Assembly (NCBI GenBank): GCA_030615165.1
Contig: JAUWZW010000001.1
Location: 1-50,686 of the forward strand
Direction of reading: 5' to 3'
Origin: Candidatus Aenigmatarchaeota archaeon
GTDB taxonomy: Archaea > Aenigmatarchaeota > Aenigmatarchaeia > QMZP01
Length of the DNA stretch: 50,686 bases
Shown in pieces: positions 1 to 8,568 of the stretch. Every line of letters begins with the position of its first letter. Position 1 is the stretch's first letter. The notes below the pieces were generated by a model. The model was given only the letters and a program-made list of their open reading frames with translations, was not told the origin of the DNA and made no database searches. The translations under genes and the position numbers were made by a program.

Positions 1-18
1 GTGAGTTATCCGAAGGAC
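1..18 (-). other. 3' arm of the 23S pre-rRNA processing stem (pairs with 4355-4373)
   Basis: GTCCTTCGGATAACTCAC is complementary to GTGAGTTATCCTGAAGGAC with one bulged base. Confidence 0.8.
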
Positions 19-176
19 TTCAGGGATTGGGGACCGTGAACTGAACACCTCGTTGCCTTAGTGCTTACATCCCGGTTCCATTAACCTATCGTCTATAGGA
101 CCTTCCTCTCTTCGCCGGTAGTTGCCTACCAGTTTGGAGAATGATTACCTCTTTTCAGGGACGGCTTCAAGCTTAG

Positions 177-215
177 ATAGACCGACAGCTTAAACTAGAG
201 TTGTTTAAGCTTCGA
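177..215 (-). other. 23S BHB intron, 39 nt (about E. coli 2754/2755)
   Basis: Helix AGGC/GUCU, bulges AUU and AUC; removal restores GCUGAAGGCAUCUAAGC. Confidence 0.9.
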
Positions 216-429
216 ATGCCTTCAGCTTTTATCCGCTATGGCGTAGCTACCCGGCGATGCTTACACAACCGGTACACCAGAGGCCACGACTCTCTGTTCC
301 TTTCGTACTGAGAGAATCCTCCCCTCAGGCAATCCGCACCCCCAGTAGATAAAGACCAAACTGTCTCGCAACGTTCTGAACCCAGTTAACGTAGCTCTTT
401 GATGAGTGAACACCTCCACCCTTGCACGC

Positions 430-500
430 TTACAGAACCTCTAATGCGTTAGCGGTTTTTCCGTTAACGCTTTAGCCCGCTTGCTTGGGCTAAAGGGTTA
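430..500 (-). other. 23S BHB intron, 71 nt (helix 91 loop)
   Basis: Helix GCAG/CUGU, bulges CAU and AAG; removal restores GUGCAGCAGCGUGCAAG. Confidence 0.9.
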
Positions 501-538
501 TGCTGCACGCGCAGGAAGAGCTGAACCGACGGCGGAGA

Positions 539-648
539 TTCTTGTCATACTAGCTAGTCACGGTGTAACGATACGGTGTCCCATAAATACCTCGACCATA
601 TTGTTTTTACAACTTCTTGCTTCATTGAAGCTGGCTAGCTAATACGAT
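539..648 (-). other. 23S BHB-like intron, 110 nt (about E. coli 2496/2497)
   Basis: About 15-bp terminal stem UCGUAUUAGCUAGCCA/UGACUAGCUAGUAUGA; relaxed helix AUUG/CAAG, bulges CUA and AAU. Confidence 0.85.
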
Positions 649-709
649 AGCAATGTACGAGGTCAATGTGGACTTTCACCCGCCACGACTCCATTATCCC
701 CGGGGTAAC

Positions 710-1534
710 TTATCCAGATCGAGTAGCTTCCAACAACAATTCAAGTCTTTTTGCTTTTGATGAATTTAAGAATATAAATTTGTGATAAAATTTTTCTATG
801 TTTTCTTTGCCATAGATTGGCAATCTATGAGTTGAAATTTTTCCACACCTTATACCAAGATTTTCCAATACCGTTTTAGCAAACTCTAAAGATTTTCTAT
901 CTTTTTGTGTCAAATCAATTTGGTATCTATTGGGTTTATGTGGTACATGTCCTTCAGCATCGAAAAATCCTTCAATATATGCTTTCTGAATTCTTTTAGG
1001 AGCTGTCTTTATAATTTCCGGTGCATCTTTATGCATACAGCCATTAAACAGTACATTAAGTAGATGGAATAAAGATTTTGATGAAGTGTCAAGGTAAGCT
1101 GTATCAAATCTTTTCTGGTACCTTATATGCATATCTATTTCGAAAATAGTTTTGAAAATGTTTTTGACTTTTCTCGACCATTTTGCATCGCGTGTGTCAT
1201 AAAGTCTAATGAAATGCTTACCACATGATGTTATCAAACTTCCATCTCTCATTGCTCCTAAAAGATATGCTAAATCTCTGTTAAATTTTTTTGGGAGTTT
1301 TATTTTTGAATGCGCAGAACCTGTTCCTGATTTAACGTGTGTTACATTTTTTAGCAAGTGTTTATATTTATCAAAGATTAATTCCAAAGGGAAGGAATTC
1401 AATCTTCTCCATTTGTATACCTGTCTTTTATGTACACCAACCTGTTTTACACAGCCGGATTCGAGTTCTACACGAATTTCAAGATTTAGCATTTTTTCAA
1501 GAAGCTTTTCTGTGCTGAAATTTTGAAATTTCAT
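710..1534 (-). CDS. Intron-encoded double-motif LAGLIDADG homing endonuclease
   Basis: Motifs LAYLLGAMRDG and AYIEGFFDAEG; lies inside the rRNA insertion. Confidence 0.92.
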   Translation of the reverse strand: MKFQNFSTEKLLEKMLNLEIRVELESGCVKQVGVHKRQVYKWRRLNSFPLELIFDKYKHLLKNVTHVKSGTGSAHSKIKLPKKFNRDLAYLLGAMRDGSLITSCGKHFIRLYDTRDAKWSRKVKNIFKTIFEIDMHIRYQKRFDTAYLDTSSKSLFHLLNVLFNGCMHKDAPEIIKTAPKRIQKAYIEGFFDAEGHVPHKPNRYQIDLTQKDRKSLEFAKTVLENLGIRCGKISTHRLPIYGKENIEKFYHKFIFLNSSKAKRLELLLEATRSG

Positions 1535-1647
1535 GGTTTATTGTTAGTGAGGCATCCTTATCTGTTTTTAGGCGCAAGCCGACCTGCGAAGCAGGTAAAA
1601 ACAGAATATGGATGCCAAACCATTGTTGTTTGAGAAGCTACCCGTTT
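712..1647 (-). mobile_element. 23S homing intron, 936 nt (about E. coli 2433/2434), encoding a LAGLIDADG endonuclease
   Basis: Terminal stem CGGGUAGCUUC/GAAGCUACUCG; relaxed helix ACAG/CUGG, bulges AAA and AUA; removal restores ACAGAAAAGUUACC; AT-rich interior. Confidence 0.92.
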
Positions 1648-1999
1648 TTCTGTCAGAGCAAACTCCCAATTAAAGGAGTATTGCGGATCGCTAGGCCACG
1701 CTTTCGCGTTAGGATTCCTTACTTTGCAGAATCCTATCAGTCCTCCTTTTGCCCTTACACTCTTTTCGAGATTTCTGACCTCGATGAGGAGAACTTAGGG
1801 CTTCTTTGATTTCTTGTCAAAGAAGTACCGCCCCAGTCAAACTATCCATCTGATGCTGTCCCCAAGAAGAGTAAGCAGTATAAAAACAAAAGGGTGGTGT
1901 TACACTTTCGCCTTCCCTGAGCCTGACGACTCAGGTGCAACGCTCCCACCTACTCTATACAATCGTTGCCATACCGCAACATCAGACTATAGTAAAGAT

Positions 2000-2034
2000 T
2001 TCCGCTGAGAGAAGGACATATTCCCTTCTCCCAT
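2000..2034 (-). other. 23S BHB intron, 35 nt (about E. coli 2070/2071)
   Basis: Helix CCGU/GCGG, bulges GGA and AAA, long inner hairpin; removal restores CCCCGUGGAUCUUUAC. Confidence 0.9.
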
Positions 2035-2443
2035 CCACGGGGTCTTCTCGTCCCACTGGGGGACTCCTGAATGTGCGCAGGACATTAATTTCACTAGGTA
2101 TCAATCCGGGACAGCGGGAATCTCGTTAAGCCATTGATGCAGGCCGATAATTAATCGGCAAGGGATTACGCTACCTTAAGACGGTCAGAGTTACCGCCGG
2201 CGTTTATCAGGGCTTCATCCAGTTGAAACTGGATTTAACACACTGACACTGGCCAGACCTCAGGGACTATACAAAACGTTTCCATCTAGCAGTCCCCTAT
2301 GTTTTTGTTAAACAGTCGGACTCCCCTTGTCACTGCGACCTACCAGTTCTAAACTAAGTCAGAGTGGTAGGCATCCTTTCTACCAAAGATACAGGACTAA
2401 TTTGCCGAATTCCCTAGATTGATTTCTCCTAACCACCTTCCCC

Positions 2444-2488
2444 GTAGAGCTAAGATTGCTTGTTTCAGTTGGTTCAAGCAATCAAACT
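2444..2488 (-). other. 23S BHB-like intron, 45 nt (about E. coli 1635)
   Basis: Inner stem GAUUGCUUG/CAAGCAAUC; relaxed helix UGAG/CUCU; removal restores UCCCU-GAGAA-GGGGA; boundaries +/-1. Confidence 0.8.
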
Positions 2489-2797
2489 TTCTCAGGGAGG
2501 GCACCAGTGACGGTTCTGGGTACGAATGAAAGAGATCCTTACTATCTCCCTTTTCATGGACTCCAGGAATTGACCAAACCCTATTCAGGGCCCTTCCAGC
2601 TTCACCTGTTTCTCACCATTACGGTACTCCACAGGCTTGACTGGCTAGATACATCTCTGTATTTGGTCTATCCAGAAGTGTCAGGAAATAGTCCTAGCGT
2701 CGCCGCATGTACTCTTTCAGTGCAGGAATATTAACCTGCTTCCCATTCGGCAAACTCCGGTTAGGGTTTGCCTTAGGATCGACTAACCCTCAGCTGA

Positions 2798-2853
2798 ATC
2801 GACCAGGTGACAGCCTCGACGGCTTGGTTAACCATTATTAGCCGTCAACCTGT
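2798..2853 (-). other. 23S BHB intron, 56 nt
   Basis: Helix CGGU/GUCG, bulges UAA and AUU; removal restores the normal-length CAGCAACGGUUAUCAGCUG. Confidence 0.85.
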
Positions 2854-2880
2854 TAACCGTTGCTGAGGAACCCTTGCCCT

Positions 2881-2920
2881 GTACCTTCAAAAGACGGCTT
2901 TAGAAAAGCCGTCAATCGAT
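2881..2920 (-). other. 23S BHB intron, 40 nt
   Basis: Perfect helix ACCU/AGGU, bulges AAA and ACA; removal restores CACCUAAAGGGCAAGGG. Confidence 0.9.
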
Positions 2921-3432
2921 TTAGGTGGCTGGGATTCTAACCCAGCTTTTGCTGTTACTATTGGCAAGATTCTTGTTTTCATGAGGTCTATTTAGGCTTA
3001 CGCCCAAACTTCTGCCCTCACGAAACACCTCCCTACAACATGCCTTTCGGCGTTCAGGGTATCGGTAGCCTATTTAGTCCCGTCCATTCTCAAGGCTCCT
3101 AACCTCGGTGGGTGAGTTATTACACACTCTTTAAAGGGTGGCTGCCTCTAAGCCAACCTTCCCACTGTCTGGGGTTAGAAACACTTTTCCTCACTTAATA
3201 GGCATTTTGGGACCTTAACCCTGATCTGGCTTCTCTGCCTTTCGGATATTGAGCTTACCCCATATCCGCACTCCCACTTTCTACGATGATGAGGAGTTCT
3301 GAGTTTGACAGAACAACTGGAGGTTTCCCTCCTTGGTTACCCAATCAGTATCTTTACCTCCTCAACTATCTCCAGTAAGGCTGAGCTGCGGCTCATTTCG
3401 GGAGGAACCAGCTATTGCCCCTTTCGATTGGC

Positions 3433-3493
3433 ATCGAACAGAAGACGGCTATAACTTCGCCTTGCGAACTGTTACGGAAAGCCGTCAAACTGA
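3433..3493 (-). other. 23S BHB intron, 61 nt (about E. coli 784)
   Basis: Helix UGAA/UUCG, bulges AAU and AUG; removal restores GGGGUGAAAAGCCAAUC. Confidence 0.9.
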
Positions 3494-4752
3494 TTTTCAC
3501 CCCTAGTCCCAGGTCACGTGAGCGATTTGAATCTCAGCACCACTAGCGGGCCTCCATCCAGGTTTCCCTGGACTTCACCCTGCCCAAGACTAGATCAAGG
3601 GGCTTCGGGTCTTATCCCTGTGACTTGGGCGCTTTCACACCCACCTGCCTTGCAAGCTGCGCAGGATTCGCTTTCGCTACGGAATCGTTACCTTATCCTC
3701 GCCACAGAGATAAACTCCTTGCCGCGTGTTTCAAAACGGACGATATAACCCGGAATCCCTTCTTCGTACAATGCCCTTACGAGCCTTCCTTTGAAGGGAT
3801 GAGCAGGCCATATCTACCTATAGTTACATGGTTTCAGGTTCTTTTTACCTCCTGTTAAGGATACTTTTCAGCTTTCTCTCACGATACTAGTACGCTATCG
3901 GACTCAGAATATTTTTAGAATTAGGAGTTATTGTCTCCCATATTCCTACTGGATATTCGACCAGCAGTACTCTGGATACTTGGTATCAACCTTCCTCCTT
4001 TCTCCTACGGGGCTATCACCCTTTGCAGCGCTGCTTTCCAGCAGACTTCGGATTGGGAAGTTAGGCAGAGCCCAAGTCCAAACCCCACATCTCCCTACAA
4101 TTTCTTGCAGGGATTCGGTTTGTCCTGAACCGTTTTCGATCGCCTTTACTAACGGTATCGCATTTGCTTTCTTTTCCTGCGGGTAATAAGATGTTTCAAT
4201 TCCCCGCGTGACCGTTCCTCGCGGAACACCAAAGGTAGGAAGTCCCATTAGGGAATACCAGGTTCAAAGTATGTATGCGACTACCCTGGTCTTAATGCAG
4301 CTTACCACACCCTTCCTCGGTATCTGAGCCAAGCCATCCACCATATAACGTAATGTCCTTCAGGATAACTCACCTATGAATATCATACAAAAGAGCTTTC
4401 ACATGGTGTTCACTAAATCACTGAAAGCCGGTTAACAGCATGAACTGTTAACATGCTATCTCATACTGGAGCGATTAACCAATGATCACGGTGCTCTTTT
4501 TCAAATCTGCCCTCTACTCCCAGGTAAAGGGCTTCATATGCATTGTGAAACGGTGAACATGAATCCTTTATCTATATACGAAATACTGCTCAGAATCAGA
4601 CAACCAATTCACGCCTGTCACCAGCGCGTTCATCATTCAGCTGCAAACCGCACCATCTGCCACACGGAACGGCTGACTCTGGACAGCCTTGTTTCCTATG
4701 TTATGTTTTTATTTATGGATTTATAAGCGTACGAACCCTCACTTCTGTATGA

Positions 4753-4913
4753 TGGACTGGGTGGGATGTTCAGGCCTTCTTGAGGGGCTTAATATCAAGA
4801 AAGCACTTTTGAACCCACGGCCTCTCGCTTGCAAAGCGAGCGATCTAAAGTGCCCCCCAACGTAAGTTGGGTTTCCCTGCTTACGCAGGAAGGTACCGCT
4901 GATCTACCAGCCC
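4753..4913 (-). tRNA. trnA: tRNA-Ala(UGC) with two non-canonical introns (D-loop 4847-4894, T-loop 4767-4807)
   Basis: Acceptor GGGCTGG/CCAGTCC-A, anticodon arm CTCGC-TT-TGC-AA-GCGAG; BHBs AGCG/CACU (relaxed) and UUCA/UGAA. Confidence 0.93.
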
Positions 4914-4939
4914 TTACTGATATTTTTTATAGCAGTTAG

Positions 4940-4947
4940 TTTATAAA
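4940..4947 (-). promoter_or_regulatory. Putative TATA box for tRNA-Ala/23S (internal promoter)
   Basis: TTTATAAA preceded by purine-rich GGGTAAAC, about 27 nt upstream of the tRNA 5' end. Confidence 0.5.
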
Positions 4948-4979
4948 GTTTACCCAGTCTTATGGCTCATTGAAAAAAT

Positions 4980-5124
<145 letters not shown>

Positions 5125-5919
5125 TACGACTTAGCCCACCTTGCAAAACCGTGGCTCGATTTCGGCAAGAACCGAAAGCTCGCCAAAATTCCACTCGGTT
5201 GGCTTGACGGGCAGTGTGTGCAAGGAGCAGGAACATATTCGCCGCTAGATGCTAACCAGCGACTACTAGGGATTTCGACTTCATGAGGACGGGTTGCAGC
5301 CCTCAATCTGGACTGAGATCGGATTTGGGGATTAGTTCTTCCTTTCGGAGTCACATCCCATTATTCCGACCATTGTAGGCCGCGTGTAACCTAGGGGATT
5401 AAGAGCATACTGACCTGCCGTCGACCGCTCCTTCCTCTGCTTTATCAACAGCGGTCCCCTATGAGTACTGGACCTCCAAAGAAGCCCATAGTAACATAGG
5501 GCGCGGGTCTTGTTCGTTACGACACTTAAGTCGACACCTCACGGCACGAACTGACGACGGCCATGCACCACCTCTCAGCTTGTTTGGTAAGACCTTCAGC
5601 CTGACCTTCATTCTGCTGTCGCCCCTAGTGAGGTTCCTCGCGTTGAATCGAATTAAACCGCAGCCTCCACCCCTTGTGTGCTCCCCCGCCAATTCCCTTA
5701 AGTTTCATCCTTGCGAACGTACTTCCCAGGTGACCCACTTAATGGTTTCCCTACGACTCTGGGAACCCCCTTAAGATTCCCAATGTCTAGTGGGTATCGT
5801 TTACAGCCAGGACTACAAGGGTATCTAATCCTCTTCGCTCCCCTGGCTTTCGTCCCTCACCGTCAGATCCGTTCTAGTCGAGCGCCTTCGCCACAGGTGG
5901 TCCTCTTGGGATTACAGGA

Positions 5920-5963
5920 TAGTAAGCTTGCTTACTGCACATGTGAATACAGCGAGCAGAGCG
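5920..5963 (-). other. 16S BHB intron, 44 nt (690 loop)
   Basis: Perfect helix GUAA/UUAC, bulges AAC and UAU; removal restores GGGGUAAAAUCCUG. Confidence 0.92.
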
Positions 5964-6051
5964 TTTTACCCCTACCCCAAGAATACCCTCGACCTCTCCC
6001 GGTCTCAAGCCCGGTAGTATTCCCAACAAGCTCCACAGTTAGCTGCGGAAT

Positions 6052-6085
6052 TTCATGCTCATGATGGCGTTGGCCATCACGTAGT
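6052..6085 (-). other. 16S BHB-like intron, 34 nt (about E. coli 608/609)
   Basis: Relaxed helix AAUG/CAUG, bulges AAA and AAA, inner stem GUGAUGGC/GCCAUCAU. Confidence 0.85.
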
Positions 6086-6167
6086 TTCATTAGGAACTTA
6101 CCGAACCGGCTACGAACGCTTTAAACCCAATAAAAGTGATCACCACTCGTGGCGCAGGTATTACCGC

Positions 6168-6200
6168 TTACCGTGTTGATGGCAAAACTGCCATTAGCAT
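6168..6200 (-). other. 16S BHB intron, 33 nt (E. coli 526/527, inside the 515F/519R site)
   Basis: Helix GCCG/CGGU, bulges CCA and AAG; removal restores GUGCCAGCCGCCGCGGUAA. Confidence 0.93.
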
Positions 6201-6912
6201 GGCGGCTGGCACCTGTCTTACCCACCACTTATTCACCAAGCTGTGAAGACTTGGGAAAAGCTTTCTCCGAAGAGAAAGCACTCCAAATTCCTCCATCACG
6301 CTTGCGCGCATTGTGGAATTTTCGCGCCTGCTGCGTCCCGTAGGACCTGGATTCTTGTCTCAGAATCCATCTCCGAGCTTCCTCTCTCAAGGCTCGTACA
6401 GATTATCGGCTTGCCAGGGTTTTATCCTAGCAACAACCTAATCCGCCGCAGTCTCATCCTTGGGCGCCGAAGCTTTGGGTAATGGAACATTCCAGTATCC
6501 ATTACCTATCTGGTATTAGCCCCAATTTCTCGGGATTATCCCAGACCCAAGGGCAGATTAACTACGTGTTACTGAGCTTTTCGCCTCCCTTGCGGGAAGA
6601 CTTGCATGGCTTAGCCGAATTCGGATAGCGGTGACCTCCGGCGGGATCAACCGGAATTAAGGAATAGCGGGTTTCTCCTTATTGTTTTCTCAATAAGTTT
6701 CCACTGTACTTTCTTTGCGGAAGTGTTAGCTCCTGTAAAAAAAGTACACAGGGTTCGTACTTACTTTAAACTCGATAAACATCTTCGAGCTCACACCCTG
6801 GTCATCCCGAGCCCAGAGGCTTCGCCCGAGAACTCGGTCTGTTAATAGTTATTCATTATGGTCGCCCATTTGGTAACTGCATTATACAACAATAATTATA
6901 TAAGATTTAGGG

Positions 6913-6920
6913 TATTTAAA
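6913..6920 (-). promoter_or_regulatory. Putative rRNA operon TATA box
   Basis: TTTAAATA preceded by CGTAACC, about 255 nt upstream of 16S. Confidence 0.55.
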
Positions 6921-6958
6921 GGTTACGCAGATACGGGCTTTTTATGCCAGAAATGAAA

Positions 6959-7903
6959 TCATGAAACTGCTTTCTTCAGTTCTTTATCAACCTCATCCTG
7001 GCCGTATTTTCTTGCTAGAGCTAGGTAAAGAATTCTATGATGAGCAGGAACCCATTTCGGGGATTTTCCAATAATCCAGGCACTCTTGGGCACATTGGGC
7101 GGTGTTTCGGTTATTGTCTTTGTGAGATATTTTGCGCAATCCTTCGGGTTGAAGGGGATTGTAAACAATTTCCTTGATTCCCAATCTGCTCCCCTTATTG
7201 CGTTTTCTACCTGTTCCTTGTTGCCGTCAATTCTACCTTCCATGCCTATTTCCACATGCAAATCATCCAAGGCCCTGCCAAGCTCAAGAAGCTTGGCCTG
7301 TATAAGCCTTCTGCCCACCTCTTCCAGAGCGCCGTCCCTGGCCACTGTTTCATATGGTGTTGCATCTTTTTCAGGAGTCATAAATCCTGCCGGCACACCA
7401 AAAAGGGCCGGATATTGCGAGAGTTTTTTGCTCCTTTCTGCAAGAACTACATAACCATCAGTAGTGAGAAATGCACTATTGATGCCTATCGGGTTTGCAA
7501 GGATGTCATTATCCAGTTCCTTTGGGTGAAGATCATATACCCTCTTGGCGCTTCTGCCTCCAAGCTCTTTTATTCCCTTCTCTGTGGATTTGTTTGACGC
7601 TACATGCGCAAAAAAGCTTGTTTTCTGCATAATAAGTTTTAATTTTTGGTCATCCTCGTTTGGGAAATAATCCTTGAGTCTTACCAACGGACCGTCAAAT
7701 AATACCCTGCCGTCAGCCTTTGCTTTTTTCTCCATTTGACTCATAATTCTGGCTTTATATTCAGCCAGAGGACCCTTCAGCTCAAAATCGCCAGCATACT
7801 CTACTTCAACCTGCTCCGGGCCAAGCCCTTCCGGGAAAGTCTGCAATACCACGTAAGGCACGCAGAGTTTACCACCCAAAAGTGTTACTCCTTGGTAGTT
7901 CAT
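6959..7903 (-). CDS. NUDIX-fold hydrolase-like protein (NUDT22-like)
   Basis: PIGINSAFLTTDGYVVLAERS...PAGF...ALEEVG resembles a degenerate Nudix region. Confidence 0.6.
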   Translation of the reverse strand: MNYQGVTLLGGKLCVPYVVLQTFPEGLGPEQVEVEYAGDFELKGPLAEYKARIMSQMEKKAKADGRVLFDGPLVRLKDYFPNEDDQKLKLIMQKTSFFAHVASNKSTEKGIKELGGRSAKRVYDLHPKELDNDILANPIGINSAFLTTDGYVVLAERSKKLSQYPALFGVPAGFMTPEKDATPYETVARDGALEEVGRRLIQAKLLELGRALDDLHVEIGMEGRIDGNKEQVENAIRGADWESRKLFTIPFNPKDCAKYLTKTITETPPNVPKSAWIIGKSPKWVPAHHRILYLALARKYGQDEVDKELKKAVS

Positions 7904-7973
7904 AGGGTAATATATACAATAAGGTTTTAAAAGCTTTTGGGCCCCTCTGGAGGGTTTGTAGTTTAAGGATACT

Positions 7974-7981
7974 TTTAAATA
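7974..7981 (+). promoter_or_regulatory. Putative TATA box of the tRNA-His/tRNA-Leu transcript
   Basis: TTTAAATA about 28 nt before tRNA-His. Confidence 0.55.
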
Positions 7982-8008
7982 TCCCGCTCAATAACCAATT
8001 ATATACAT

Positions 8009-8171
8009 GGCCGTCGTAGTGTAATGGTTAACATAAGGGACTGTGGTCAGGCCTTTAGAAAAGGCCCGAACGCCCAAAAGGTCTGATAGATATCCCTTGA
8101 ACCGAGTTCAAACGCCCTGCTCGCTGCGCTCACAGGCACTTTCAGCGGTGCTGAAAATCTCGGCGACGGCC
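8009..8171 (+). tRNA. trnH: tRNA-His(GUG) with encoded G-1 and two introns (37/38: 8047-8091; T-loop: 8113-8157)
   Basis: G-GCCGTCG/CGACGGC-C acceptor, AGGGA-CT-GTG-GA-TCCCT anticodon arm; BHBs CUGU/AUAG and UUCA/UGAA. Confidence 0.94.
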
Positions 8172-8174
8172 CTA

Positions 8175-8227
8175 GGAGGGTTGGCTCAGGCCGAAGGTCT
8201 GAGCATCCGTCCTCAATCATAAGGCGA
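8175..8227 (+). ncRNA. Candidate structured leader motif, copy 1 (tRNA-His/tRNA-Leu spacer)
   Basis: GGAGGGTTG-[GCTCAGGCC gaa GGTCTGAGC]-ATCCG-TCCTC-AATCATAAGGCGA. Confidence 0.55.
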
Positions 8228-8233
8228 AGAGTT

Positions 8234-8567
8234 GCGGGGGTACCCAAGCACCCTTTTCTGTGCGAACACGCAAAAGCGTGCACGGAAAAAAGGTTGGGAA
8301 TGGCCAAAGGGGCAGGTTGATGTGATAGTATCATATCATGCCAAACTTAAGAGGATTCTTAAGTGTGTTTAGAAAGCTTTGCTTTCGATGACAGAAAATG
8401 CCCTAAGATATCCTGTGGCTTAGAACCCTTTTGCGCAGGTAAACGCACAAAAGCGTTCGCGGAAAGAACGCTACCGCAAAGGGTGAGTAATGCCTTCCAG
8501 GGTTCGAACGCGCTGCTCGCTGCGCTCACAGGCGCATTCAGCGGTGCTGAATATCCCTGCCCCCGCA
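8234..8567 (+). tRNA. trnL: tRNA-Leu(UAA) with five introns (8249-8300, 8317-8344, 8352-8409, 8424-8490, 8509-8553)
   Basis: Removing five BHB introns (250 nt) leaves an 84-nt type II tRNA: GCGGGGGTACCCAAGTGGCCAAAGGGGCAGGACTTAAGATCCTGTGGCTTAGTGCCTTCCAGGGTTCGAATCCCTGCCCCCGCA. Confidence 0.92.
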
Positions 8568-8568
8568 T

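Larger units (their letters stand above)
15..4358 (-). rRNA. rrl: 23S rRNA, apparently complete, interrupted by 9 introns (about 2950 nt after removal)
   Basis: Archaeal LSU motifs on the minus strand (GGTGGATGGCTTGGCTC near the 5' end, GGGGATAA, CTGGGTTCAGAAC). Flanks 4355-4373 and 1-18 are complementary. Ends approximate. Confidence 0.97.

Noticed and set aside
101..150. Extra GC-rich stem near the 23S 3' end as a tenth intron
   Set aside because: No BHB junction found; it lies in the variable helix 98 region, so it is more likely an expansion segment.
6815..6840. CCGAGTTCTCGGGCGAAG in the rRNA leader as a sixth motif copy
   Set aside because: Spacing is too short and the upstream hairpin is missing.
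8175..8233. HDV-like (theta) ribozyme after tRNA-His, suggested by GGCGAA
   Set aside because: I could not build the nested P1/P2/P3/P1.1 pseudoknot consistently across the five copies; kept only as an unknown motif.
8106..8556. Direct repeat of about 50 nt as CRISPR or att site
   Set aside because: Only two copies, both T-loop introns; no cas or integrase gene in the window.
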